From: Macrostomum lignano
Lineage: Eukaryota
Length of the DNA: 63,642 nucleotides
NCBI GenBank assembly: GCA_002269645.1
Contig: NIVC01002555.1
Coordinates: forward strand, 1 to 63,642
Direction of reading: 5' to 3'
Shown here in pieces: positions 10,801 through 22,618 of the stretch. Both the position numbers and the translations under genes were made by a program. The notes beneath the pieces were generated by a model. That model was not told the origin of the DNA. It ran no database searches and saw only the letters and a list, made by a program, of their open reading frames with translations. Each line of letters opens with the position of its first letter. The first letter of the stretch is position 1.

Positions 10801-13386
10801 GTCGCCAGCTGCTGGACGCCTGGGGCCTGCGCCTGCTGGAGGATCCGGAGGTGGTGCCCGCCCGCCGCTTCGTCAACGAGCGGGTGCTGTTCGGCGGAGG
10901 CGGAAACCGCGGCGCCCTCGTCCCGGTATCGGTCGGCCAGACCAGCGAGTTCAAGCGGGCCCTGGCCGACAACCGGGTGCTGATTGACGGCAAGCTGCTG
11001 AAGTGGCTGGTGGTCTATCCGGCCAGGGAGGAGCGGACCATCGCCTCGTTCTGCGAGACCATGATGAAGAAATGCCGCGCCATGGGCATCACGGTTGCCC
11101 AGCCCAGCACCGTGGCCCTGCCGAATGACAGCACTGGGAACTATCAACAGGCTATTAAGAATAATTTCTCAACGGATTTGAATCTGGTCTGCGCCGTGTT
11201 CACTTCACAGCGACAGGAGCGGTACAACGCTATTAAGCGTTTGTGCTGCAACGATCTGGTGGTCCCCAGCCAGTGCCTGTGGACCAAGACTATCAGCGAC
11301 CCCAAGAAGATGGGCAGCGTGGCCGTCAACGTTGCGGCACAGATTAACGTCAAGCTCGGCGGCGCCCTGTGGGGCATCGAAATTCCTTACCAGCGGTTTA
11401 TGGTGAGTCTGGCAATTGTCTACCTGTCAAGTTTTTTACCTTTAAAACTTCCGGTATGCTAGATGATTCACTCACTTCCGGTATGCTTGATGATTCACTC
11501 ACTTCCGGTATGCTTGATGATTCACTCACCTCCGGTATGCTTGATGATTCACTCACCTCCGGTATGCTTGATGATTCACTCACCGGTATGCTTGATGATT
11601 CACTCACTTCCGGTATGCTTGATGATTCACTCACTTCCGGTATGCTTGATGATTCACTCACTTCCGGTATGCTTGATGATTCACTCACTTCCGGTATGCT
11701 TGATGATTCACTCACTTCCGGTATGCTTGATGATTCACTCACTTCCGGTATGCTTGATGATTCACTCACCTCCGGTATGCTTGATGATTCACTCACCTCC
11801 GGTATGCTTGATGATTCACTCACCGGTATGCTTGATGATTCACTCACTTCCGGTATGCTTGATGATTCACTCACTTCCGGTATGCTTGATGATTCACTCA
11901 CTTCCGGTATGCTTGATGATTTATTTACTTCGGGTATGCTTGATGATTCAAACACTTCCGATATGCTTTATGATTCACTTACTGCCGGTACGCGGTTAAT
12001 TTATTCACCCTCTACCTGTCAAATGAATCCTCCCTACATACTTCCGGTATGAAACACTCATCATTCTAATAACTGGCTTGTCACCGCCTCTGCAACCGCA
12101 GATGATCGGAATCGACGTGTACCACGAGGACAAGCTGCGCTCCAGATCCGTCACAGGCGTCGTGGCCTCGGTGGACCAGTCGTGCACCCGCTGGTACTCG
12201 CGGGTGGCTTTCCAACGCCGGGGCGAGGAGATCCTGAACTCCATGCGTGTCATCCTGCACAGCCAGCTTGTCCGGTACGTCAACAATGTTGGCAGCCTGC
12301 CCGAAACCATCTTCGTTTACCGGGACGGCGTGTCGGACAAGCAGATTGCCGATGTGCAGCAGAAGGAGGTTCGCGCCGTCTACGAAGCCATTAGCAGCTT
12401 CGTGGCGCAGGACTACCGGCCCAGGCTGGTGTTCCTTGTGGTGCAGAAGCGGATTAACCAGCGCCTCCTGCTGCAAAGGGGAACCGGCTACACCAACGCG
12501 CTGCCAGGTAAGATCGCGGCTTTTGGTTATAGCTTATAGCTATAACTATACAAAACTGACCAGTTAGAGCCCAGCCTCCATGAGAATCGCAATCAAAACA
12601 CCATGAGAATCGCTATCAAACCACCCTGAGAATCGCCATCAAACCACCCTGAGAATCACCCTCAAACCACCCTGAGAATCGCCCTCAAACCACCCTGAGA
12701 ATCGCCCTCAAACCACCCTGAGAATCGCCCTCAAACCACCCTGAGAATCGCCTTCAAACCACCCTGAGAATCGCCCTCAAACCACCCTGAGAATCGCCCT
12801 CAAACCAGGCTGAGAATCACCCTCAAACCAGGCTGAGAATCACCATCAAACCACCCTGAGAATCGCCCTCAAACCAGGCTGAGAATCGCCCTCAAACCAG
12901 GCTGAGAATCACCATCAAACCAGGCTGAGAATCACCCTAAACAGGCTGAGAATCGCCCTCAAACCACCCTGAGAATCGCCCTCAAACCACCCTGAGAATC
13001 GCCCTAAACAGGCTGAGAATCGCCCTCACTAAGTGTTGTCAAGAACTAAAAAACCTGATATTTCTCAACCGCATTCCCACGCAGGCACGGTCCTGGACCA
13101 CACCATCACCCGCCCGGACATGATGGACTTCTTCCTGGTGCCGCAGCACGTCAACCAGGGCACGGTGACGCCGGGCCACTTCATAATCGTAGAATGCTCT
13201 GGCGGCGTGCCAGTAGACGAGATCCAGCAGCTCACCTTTCGCAGCTGCCATCTGTACTACAACTGGGCCGGCTCTATCCGAGTCCCGGCGCCGTGCCAGT
13301 ACGCGCACAAGCTGGTGTACATGGTGGGCCAGAACACCAAAGATGAACCGGCCGAGGCCATCTGCGACCGCCTGTTCTACTTGTAA
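7856..13386 (+). CDS. piwi: PIWI-clade Argonaute, about 955 aa, 5 coding exons
   Basis: Exons 7856-8869, 9330-9806, 10734-11402, 12102-12507 and 13085-13386 all have GT-AG borders, compatible phases and total 2868 nt. N-terminal RG motifs; PAZ (TRYNN..SYIDYYRQQY..DPHQPLL); MID (RYNAIK..SQC..QINVKLGG); PIWI domain IGIDVYH / GEE / YRDGV / YAHKL; C-terminal RLFYL. Confidence 0.96.
8948..9275 (+). repeat. 22-bp minisatellite in piwi intron 1
   Basis: Unit TGGAGAATCCCAGTTGGACTTA, about 14 copies. Confidence 0.95.
9950..10085 (+). mobile_element. tRNA-derived SINE with CORE-like segment in piwi intron 2
   Basis: A-box-like TAGTAGTGGTCAGAGCG, B-box GGTTCGATTC, then TGTCTCATTGAGCAAGACACTTAG resembling the CORE-SINE motif. 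The cloverleaf stems do not pair, so it is not a tRNA. Confidence 0.65.
10375..10670 (+). repeat. About 23-bp minisatellite in piwi intron 2
   Basis: Unit AGTAGATGTACTTTTCCTGACCT, about 11 copies. Confidence 0.9.
11445..11975 (+). repeat. 27-bp minisatellite in piwi intron 3
   Basis: Unit GATTCACTCACTTCCGGTATGCTTGAT, about 19 copies including two 24-bp variants. Confidence 0.95.
12578..13030 (+). repeat. 23-bp minisatellite in piwi intron 4
   Basis: Unit GAGAATCGCCCTCAAACCACCCT, about 19 copies. Confidence 0.95.
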
Positions 13387-16300
13387 GCCCGGACAGATTT
13401 GCTACCAGGCTTTTGCTTAACAGCTGGCATCCTGCAAAAGCCAGCCTGCAAATATTTTTATTTATTATCCTAAAAATAATTCTCGAACCATTCTGAGAAT
13501 CAACTTCAATTTCTACTGTAAGTAGGCCTTCAAATCACATTAATGATTGTCCCATTTAATCCATATTTAAATTGAAAATGCTTCCGCTGTTGTAAATGCT
13601 TCGCTTTTGCTTTTGCTGTTGCTTCTGCTGTTATGCTACGTCTATATAGATTTTTTCGCTGATTTATGATCTGTACATTAAAAAATGTTTATTGATGTGT
13701 GTTCATTTATTGAACCTTTTTTATTTACAAAAATCTTGTGACTAACTTTTTTGTAATTTTTTTTTGATTTTTGATTTTTTCTGATTTTATGTAAGAAACA
13801 CTTTTGAATTATATTTGGTTTACAATACGGCTCCTTTGCTAATTTATTTACTGTAATTTTTATCGTTTATTCAACTTTAACTTGTTTATGTCTAGTCATC
13901 TATTCTGCTTGCGTTGTAAATATTAGTTAATCTTCCAATATTGTTTTAGCCTCGATTTATACGCGTAAAGTATACTGGTTGTTTAGCTTCACTTTTTTCC
14001 CATTTCAATACTTTAAAAAAGAATCAATAATACATATAAATCGAATGTGTGCTTTTAGAAATTCAGCCGCCTACTGCGACTCGGCTGTTCGGTAATTATT
14101 TGGTATCAAATTTGTTTTCTGGTCTTTTTGTAATAACCAAGATTATCGTTTCCTTCTCCAGTTTTCTCAATGAGAGTAGCGAACTGGCTGATTTTGACCC
14201 GGTTGTCAAGCGGTCTAGGAATTAATGGAGCTGACATAAACAATGGATTAGGAGCATGGGTTTCGGAACATTTTAAAAAGTGTTATACATGTAGGGGTGA
14301 AGATAAGGTAGATAGGATCACCACCTTGAGGGACGCCACGCGGTTTAAGGCTTCGCTGATTGCCTCCTCCTGGATTTGAATCACCTGTCATCAAGATTAG
14401 CTGGAGACGATCCTGACTATGTTGAGAGCAATATAAGTGTCACATTCAAGAAACTTACGCCTCGCTAATTATAGATACATGTAGTTGTGTCAGACACCCA
14501 CCATCAAACCTCAGAATCGGCAGGCCTCCATTTCTGTCTGTAGCTTGTCTTAGCAACTCTTTTGCTAATACTTCAGTCTTCAAATTTTCTATATCGGTAC
14601 ATTCTAATAGATTGTAGCTTCAATTGCTTGCTCTCTGTTCTGGACCAATGATTGTCAACTCGAGTTAAGAATTGTTGGGCACTTTTGAGATATTCGTAAT
14701 TAGGAACCATTTGTTATTAATTATTTGAATTTGTTATTAATTTGTTAAAATCTCGATAAATCCTGTAATATTGTTATTATTTTTACAAATAAAATCCTAT
14801 TCTAAATAATTGTCATTATGGCGATTGTTAAAATTTCTTACTTCGTGAGTCTTTATGAATCATTTTTTAAGTTTTCTGTCGCAATTATTTTATTTTCTAT
14901 CATATTTTTCTATAGGTACCGTGTCTGTCTGTTACTATTGTCACCTAAATAATTCAATCAATAAGACTGATCATCCAGTCACGAGACATAGCAGAGGGGC
15001 CTAACAGTTTTTATTAGGTTACTGTAATAGCCCTAGGTCTAATTTTTACTCTAAAGTTATGATCTTCGAGACTGAAGATCTATAATTTCGAGGTAATCGA
15101 GATTCGAGATTAAGGTTAAGCCTAATTAGTATAGGCCTATTTACACTAAATCTATCTAGAAAACCTAATAATAATAATGTTACTTGTTAGTCCTAAGTGT
15201 GTTTGTGACCTAGTGTGTACAAGTACAATTACTGATAGAAAGAAAAACAATGATTATTTAATATTGAGCTTGTTAATAACTTGCTTGATCCTTGATGTAT
15301 ATCAAATATAAATATGATAAATATGATATCACAGGGGCCTAGTCACAAATCTTCACTTTTCTCAAGATCTCAAAATTGAGGTTAGGCCTAACCAAGAAGG
15401 CAAGATTGAGATTAAGAAAAGTGCTAAGATCTTGATGATCAAGATTCAAGATATTGTCCAACTCCTAGTTATAAATAGGGAGCCTAAATAAAATATTGAA
15501 TAACCTATATATAAAGATATGTAGATGTGTCTATAGTTTCAGAATCAGTGTTTTTAGTTAGAGAAATTGCACTTTAAAGTTTGAGCCTTAAATTGCACCT
15601 TTAAAATTGGGCACAAAGTACAATTTTGAACCTTGTTTTTGGCAAAAAAAAACTGGTACCTGGTAAAATGCAGAATCCACAGTAGAATTGGAATGGAATA
15701 GCACAGTAAAATGTAGAATCTGCAGTGGTATGTTAAAATGCAGAATCAAGTGCAGAATCCACTAAAATGCAAAATGTAAGAATCAAAAAAAATATTTTTT
15801 AATTTTTATAGCTTTGCCTGCAGCAATGTAACTGTATAAAAAAGATATATAAAGAAATTTTATTATGATTTTATATTTATACAAACTGAACTAGAAACAG
15901 TAGCATCTATTAGACCTTATTCAAAGTAGTAATATAGGTTCTCTCATAAATAGTATGGCTGATAAGTATTAAAAATTATTATCATAATTTTCTCTCTAGT
16001 AGTTTGGTAAAATTCTGAAAGCTTTATTGTTAAAAGATTTATATATAATAGATCATAATGCACTTCAGCTAGGCCCCCTACTTTGTATTTGCAATGTAGT
16101 TTAAGTTAGTAGATTCCATTTCTCATTACTGCATCTTACCATTCCATTGCAGATTCCACATTTTACTAAATGCCAGAAAAACCTATATTTAACATTAGGC
16201 CTAGAGACTTAAGGCTTAATAATCTTAATTTTAGTCTACTATATAATGGGTAGGCTATATGGCATAAAAATCTTTGTTGCTTAAGACCTTAACAAGTACT

Positions 16301-17423
16301 AAGTAGGGACTTATTTATATCATAAGCTTGCTTTACAAAATCTTTAAATCTAACCTTATATAATTATAAACATTTTCTACTACTCTATCCCAACTTTTAA
16401 ATTATTAGATAGCCTATATCAGAATTAAATATAGGAAATATGTTTTTATAACTATATATTATGTCTAAAAACATATATATATATATATATAAAATATCAT
16501 ATAGGTTATTTATAACATCTCTTAGGCTAGCTATATCTATAGCTATAGTAGAGCTCTAAAACTGTGAGATTAAAAGGTCTTTATAATGAGAACTATAGTT
16601 TAGACTTAGATATTTTTATTAAGAAGAAAATTTGGATTTGAAATCCTTAGTATTTGATCTTAAAATTTTGGCATTTTTGCCTTGGGCCTAAGCACAATAT
16701 TTAGGACACATTTCCCTCTGGCTATATAGAGATTTTGTTTTCCTTTCTAGTCTTATAATAAGGACTCCAGTGAGATTTCAAAAGTTATTATTAAGTTTAT
16801 TATTCCAATTGATAAATCTTATTTCCCAAAGTACAAAAGACACCTTCATTTTTATATTGTTTAACTTTATTTACTTAACTCAACATTATTATTTATTATT
16901 TATTATTACCTTATCATATTAAATATTTCTTGATCAGATAGTTGAGGCCCTTTCATTTAGGCTCATCATTAAAAGCTAATAGCTTTAAGTGGCCAAAAAG
17001 CCTAATTTGCAGTTTTAGACATTCAATAACCTATAATTCTAAAAACATGGTACAAACATAATTGTAAGTATTTATTTAGACTACCCCATTCAATTATGTC
17101 CTATATACCAAGAATGAGTTCAAGGTGGTGTACACTCCTGTGAGTGCCTGCTCAGGGTGAGTTGGTATAATGGGCAGTAATGCCTTTCGCCAGTTGTGTG
17201 ACAATGTTGCTTAAAGTGCACCAGGGGGCACACAGCCTCCTGCTTTTAACTAAAAGACATCGTAAAGAAAACTAAAGGACATCTAGAATTTATAAAATAT
17301 GTGGCAGACTGAGGGCAGCCAGTCCTTTCCTTATGATTAAATTTGTAGAGTTTCAAAAATGCCCCTCTTGCACGCCTGCCCCATTTCTGCTATAGCTTCT
17401 CTCACCCTAATTTCTCAAAAAGA

Positions 17424-18206
17424 ATGGCCCAAGCCAGCAGCAGCTCCGAGGAGATGGCCATCAATCTGGCCGCAATTCAGAAGACAGACAAGTCTGGCTG
17501 CGAAGTGCTGGACAAGTGCACCTCTAGCGCTCTATACAAGTACGCGCAGGGCAAATGGGAGAAGTGCAATTGCGACGGGGTGTTCCTGCTGTACAGGCGC
17601 AGCGTGGCGCCTGTGTACGCTTTCATTGTGCTGAACAAGCGGAGCACTCAGAACCACGTGCAGCACGTCACCAAAGCTATGAGCCTGCAGCTGCAGTCGC
17701 CCTTCCTGCTGTACAAAACTGAATCGGGCGAGATCCACGGCATGTGGTTCTACACCCAGCGGGACTGCGATCGCATCGGCAAGCGTGTTGGCAAGCTAGT
17801 TGAGACTCTTGGCGGCGACAGTCTGCGCGTAGCCGAGGATCGAGCAGCCGCTACCAAAGGCAAGCCGGCGAACGCTAGTCAAGCTGCCGCTGGGAAGCAG
17901 CAGCCCCAGCAGCCGCCAAAGTCTGCTCAAACTGGTGCAGATGCGGCTAACAGCATCCTGCAGATGCTTAGCCGGGCTCAGACTGATTTCACCACCCATC
18001 GTGGATTGCCGCAGCAGCAGCAGCAGCCACAACAGCCACAGCAGCAGCAACCCAAGGTGATCAGTGTAGACAGTCTCTTTGGCAGCTCAAGCAAGCAGCA
18101 GCCAGCGCCAGTCAGCAATGGCGGGCCGCCGCTGCAGCGGGATCAATACGCTGAGATTTCTCACCAGATCAAGGAGCAGCTGGGCCTCCTCAACAGCTCC
18201 GGTCTT

Positions 18207-18238
<32 letters not shown>

Positions 18239-18605
18239 GCAGCAATCCAGCGCCGCTGTCTGCAGCAATGCACAAGCAGACGAAGAGGAAGAAGAATTCC
18301 TGCTAACCCCGGGCATGCTGGAGTGCGCAGCCAGTCAGCTGATTGCCGACTGCCCGACTCAGGTGTCGCCATCGGCTCCGACGCAGTCGCCGCCGCAGCC
18401 GCGCGAGCAGCCCGGGAAAGCCAGACAGCAGCAGCAGCAGCAGGCGCCGCAGGCGTCAGTCAGCGGAGACGTCCCCGCCCTGACCAAGGAGCAGCTGCGG
18501 GAGAGCCTGCTGTACCTGTTGGAGAATGATGACGCCTTCCTCGGCTCGCTGCACCGGGCCTACGTGGCCAGCCTGCAGCGCCGGCTCGCGTCGCCGCGTT
18601 TCTGA
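17424..18605 (+). CDS. DCP1: mRNA-decapping factor DCP1, 393 aa, intronless CDS
   Basis: N-terminal EVH1 domain (INLAAIQKTD..ALYKY..WEK..DGVFLLYRR..YAFIVLN..LQSPFLLYK..IHGMWFY..DCDRI), motif SILQMLSRAQTDF, ISVDSLFG, polyQ linker and C-terminal trimerisation helix LTKEQLRESLLYLLENDDAFLGSLHRAY. Confidence 0.93.
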
Positions 18606-19559
18606 GTCCCTGTTCCGTCGTTGCTGGTTGCTGTTGCCGCCCAGTGCAAAGGCGGGGGTTGAGGAGGTCCTTGTGAAATTGTTATTTTTTTATTGTTTGT
18701 GTCCCCAGTTGTAAAACAATAGCCCAGCATTCAAACACCCCCTCCGAGTGTTCATATCTGCCTACTCATAGTAGCAAACCATTTGGAGGTGTTTTATTTT
18801 TCTGTTGTTTGCAGTGTATATCAACAATAACAATATAAATAACAATAATACGCGTAAATTATTAGTTTGGTCTCCGATATGCTTGTTGTATAGTTGCTCT
18901 GTTCTTGAGCAGCATTTTGAGTTTTGGCCCCGCTGTGCAGCAAAACCATTCATTTGTTCTATTATGGATGTACATTGCGTCACTTGTTGTCACAGTTGGC
19001 TGTGGCGCTGGTCATCTGCCGTGTCACGCCGGAAAATGTCGGCACTGCTTCTGGAATAAAAGCAGCCCAGCTTATCTGTGTGTTTTTACATAAGGCTCAT
19101 CACCTGTTTAATTAATTTACTGATCGATTGAGATAAGACATGTCTCTGGCTGATTGGAGTCTTTAACTTTTTTTTATTAACGACTATAGCATTACAACAT
19201 CATATTTTATAGGAAATCAAAAAAATTTACAATATAATTAAGATCATCTAGCATAGTAAGCTACTGCTACTACTTACAGTAGTATAATTAATAGCTGCTG
19301 CTATCAAGATGGCAGGTTGTTGGTAATAAAACTAGCTTTTACGCACTAAAATACGATTGAATGTACAAGCTAACGATCTACTCAGATTCAGTAGTACAGT
19401 ATCAAAGCGTAAATATCAATAACAATTGAAAGCATCACAAATAGAGGCACTTTTGTTGAAAATCCACACTGCAATTCTCTAGTTGAACGGGTAGTTGGTT
19501 TTTTAGCTGATTTCGATATTTTTAGAGATTACCAAAGTTGTATGGTTGATAATTGAAAA

Positions 19560-20130
19560 TCTTGAATGCCCAGTCTGAAGCCTGAGGAGCTGTGAGGGCG
19601 GCCCAGCAACTGAGGATCTGGGAGGCTGGCCAAGCAACTGAGGATCTGGGAGGCTGGCCCAGCAACTGAGGATCTGGGAGGCTGGCCCAGCAACTGAGGA
19701 TCTGCGAGGCTGGCCAAGCAACTGAGAATCCGAGAGGCTGGCCCAGCAACTGAGGATTTGGGGGGCTGGCTCAGCAACTGAGGATCTGCGAGGCTGGCCA
19801 AGCAACTGAAAATCCGAGAGGCTGGCCCAGCAACTGAGGATCTGGGAGGCTGGCCCAGCAACTGAGGATCTGGGAGGCTGGCCCAGCAACTGAGGATCTG
19901 GGAGGCTGGCCCAGCAACTGAGGATCTGGGAGGCTGGCCAAGCAACTGAGGATCTGGGGGGCTGGCCCAGCAACTGAGGATCTGGGAGGCTGGCCAAGCA
20001 ACTGAGGATCTGGGGGGCTGGCCCAGCAACTGAGGATCTGGAGGGCTGGCCCAGCAACTGAGGATCTGGGAGGTTGCCTCAGCAGCTGAGGATCTGGGAG
20101 GCTGGCCCAGCAACTAAGGATCTGGGAGGA
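19560..20130. repeat. 28/29-bp minisatellite
   Basis: Unit CAGCAACTGAGGATCTGGGAGGCTGGCC, about 19 copies. Confidence 0.95.
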
Positions 20131-20307
20131 TAATAGTGCAGCCTTTGTCAGCAACAAATTTGAGCAAACGAAAACCAGCACCCCCAAATTCTCAAACGGG
20201 TTTTAAAAAATTTCACTGTGCACGGCATCACAGTTGAGTTCTAAGGATTGAAGAAGAGCAAATCGGAGGAAATGCCTCAGCCGCGAGCACCGGCCTGGCT
20301 GTCACGC

Positions 20308-22618
20308 TCAGGTGAGAACCAGATGCTCGTCAAAGCCGGTGTACATGGCGGTGCTGCCCATTTTGACCAGGTTGCGCGAATACCTGGCTGTGATGCGGAT
20401 GCAGCTCGTGCACAGGAAGCTGGTCAGCAGGAAGTTCGACCGCATGCCGTAGCCGAACCGGCCCTTGTAGCCATAGTAACCAGCGACAGCTCCGGTGAGC
20501 ACTGGCGCCACGGTGCTGGGTCGGGCGTTCCGCACCATCTGCTCCATCGACTGCGGCATCACTGCGTCTCCGATCTGTGACGCCGGGTTTTGGACAGGGA
20601 TGTCATTTACAGGTGACTGACATGCTGTAGTGGGTTACAAACATGCTGTAGTGTGTTACACACATACTGTATCGTTACAGGCATGCTGTATCGTGTGCTA
20701 CAGACATGCTGTATCATATGTTACAGAGTGTCTCATGTGCTACAGACATGCTGTAGCATCATATGTTACAGACGTGTCTCATGTGCTACAGACATGCTGT
20801 ATCATATGTTACAGAGTGTCTCATGTGCTACAGACATGCTGTAGCATCATATGTTACAGACGTGTCTCATGTGCTACAGACATGCTGTATCATCATATGT
20901 TACAGACGTGTCTCATGTGCTACAGACATGCTGTAGCATCATATGTTACAGACGTGTCTCATGTGCTACAGACATGCTGTAGCATCATATGTTACAGACG
21001 TGTCTCGTGTGTTTCAGCCAGGCTGTCTGCACAAACCTCGCTCAGCGCCAGTCGATATTCGCCTTTGCCGAAGGCCTCCCAGGCGTGCTGCATGTGCACG
21101 ATCTCCAGGGTCTTCAGCACGCCCAGCGGGATGTCGATCTCCGGCTCGCCAGTGGGGGGTATCAGCTTTATCAGCTTGCCCAGAAGCTCCAGGTAGCGCT
21201 CCGCCTCGAACAGCTTCTTGATTTCGCCGCCACCGTCAAGCACATTCAGGAAGTCCGAGGCTTCCTCGTAACCGGCTATGGTGGCTCCCGCCTTCAGCAC
21301 CTGGCAGATGCAAGGACTGGTGAGTCAGCTTGCGTTCTATCGGTCGTCCACACCTCAGGTCCTCCCCACCTCAGGTCCTCCCCACCTCAGGTCCTCCACA
21401 CCTCAGGTCCTCCCCACCTCAGGTCCTCCCCACCTCAGGTCCTCCCCACCTCAGGTCCTCCCCACCTCAGGTCCTCCCCACCTCAGGTCCTCCCCACCTC
21501 AGGTCCTCCCCACCTCAGGTCCTCCACACCTCAGGTCCTCCCCACCTCAGGTCCTCCCCACCTCAGGTCCTCCCCACCTCAGGTCCTCCCCACCTCAGGT
21601 CCTCCCCACCTCAGGTCCTCCCCACCTCAGGTCCTCCCCACCTCAGGTCCTCCCCACCTCAGTTCCTCCCCACCTCAGGTCCTCCCCACCTCAGGTCCTC
21701 CCCACCTCAGGTCCTCCCCACCTCAGGTCCTCCCCACCTCAGGTCCTCCCCACCTCAGGTCCTCCCCGCCTCAGGTCCTCCCCACCTCAGGTCCTCCCCA
21801 CCTCAGGTCCTCCCCACCTCAGTTCCTCCCCACCTCAGTTCCTCCCCACCTCAGGTCCTCCCCGCCTCAGGTCCTCCCCACCTCAGGTCCTCCCCACCTC
21901 AGGTCATCCCTACCTCAGTTCCTCTCCACCTCAGGTCATCCCCACCTCAGTTCCTCTCCACCTCAGGTCCTCCCCACCTAAAGTCCTCCCTACCTCAGTT
22001 CCTCTCCACCTCAGGTCATCCCCACCTCAGTTCCTCTCCACCTCAGGTCCTCCCCACCTCAGGTCCTCCACACCTCAGGTCCTCCCCAACCTCAGTTCTT
22101 CCCCTTAGTTCCCCTCAGTTCCCTGCAGCATACACTGCTGCATGCTGCTAGATGTATTTACAATTGCAACATGTACATCGCGTATTTCGCTTCTCGTTCC
22201 CAGTGTTTTAGCAGTCCCTGGCTGCCAATCCAAATCAAGGACCTCTTCTCACCTTGATACAGACCACCTGGTAGTCTTTGTCATCGAAGGCGTGCAGCGC
22301 ATCGTGCAGGTCGGACACCACGGAGCCGATGGTGCCAGCCTCGCCGACTTCGTTGAAGTCCAGCCGGTGCGAGCAGCCACCACCGTCCTCATCATCAGCT
22401 CCATCATCGTCATCTCCAGCCTCCGTTTTCTCGGCGCTGAGCTCCGATTTGTTCGGCGTCTGTTTACTAATCGCCGCCGAATGATGGTCGCCATGGCAAC
22501 GGACTGGGCGTGGATCGTCGGCCAGGCGGAGCGCCGGTCGGCGCAGCGCCCGGTAGCAGGCGAGGCTCTCGCGCCATCGGGCGCCGGCGCCACCGACGCC
22601 GCCGCCGCGCGGACTCAA
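20308..22618 (-). CDS. Hypothetical protein, at least 3 exons, probable C-terminal membrane segments; 5' end unresolved
   Basis: Exons (<=22618)-22253, 21300-21037 and 20574-20308 are joined by phase-0 GT-AG introns, giving a continuous non-repetitive frame ...YQVVCIK|VLKAGATIAG...RLALSE|IGDAVMPQ...EHLVLT*. No in-frame ATG in the first exon. Confidence 0.6.
20620..21010. repeat. About 46-bp minisatellite in an intron of the minus-strand gene
   Basis: Unit CATATGTTACAGACGTGTCTCATGTGCTACAGACATGCTGTAGCAT, about 8 copies. Confidence 0.9.
21350..22110. repeat. 16-bp minisatellite in an intron of the minus-strand gene
   Basis: Unit CCTCAGGTCCTCCCCA, about 47 copies, degenerating towards 22110. 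Confidence 0.95.
22487..22500. promoter_or_regulatory. RFX X-box-like palindrome
   Basis: GTCGCCATGGCAAC matches the canonical GTTGCCATGGCAAC at 13/14. Confidence 0.35.

Noticed and set aside
11369-12052. Long ORFs GMLDDSLTS / MIHSLPVCL / ESSSIPEVS repeats
   Set aside because: Translations of the 27-bp array inside piwi intron 3; splicing around it gives a complete PIWI.
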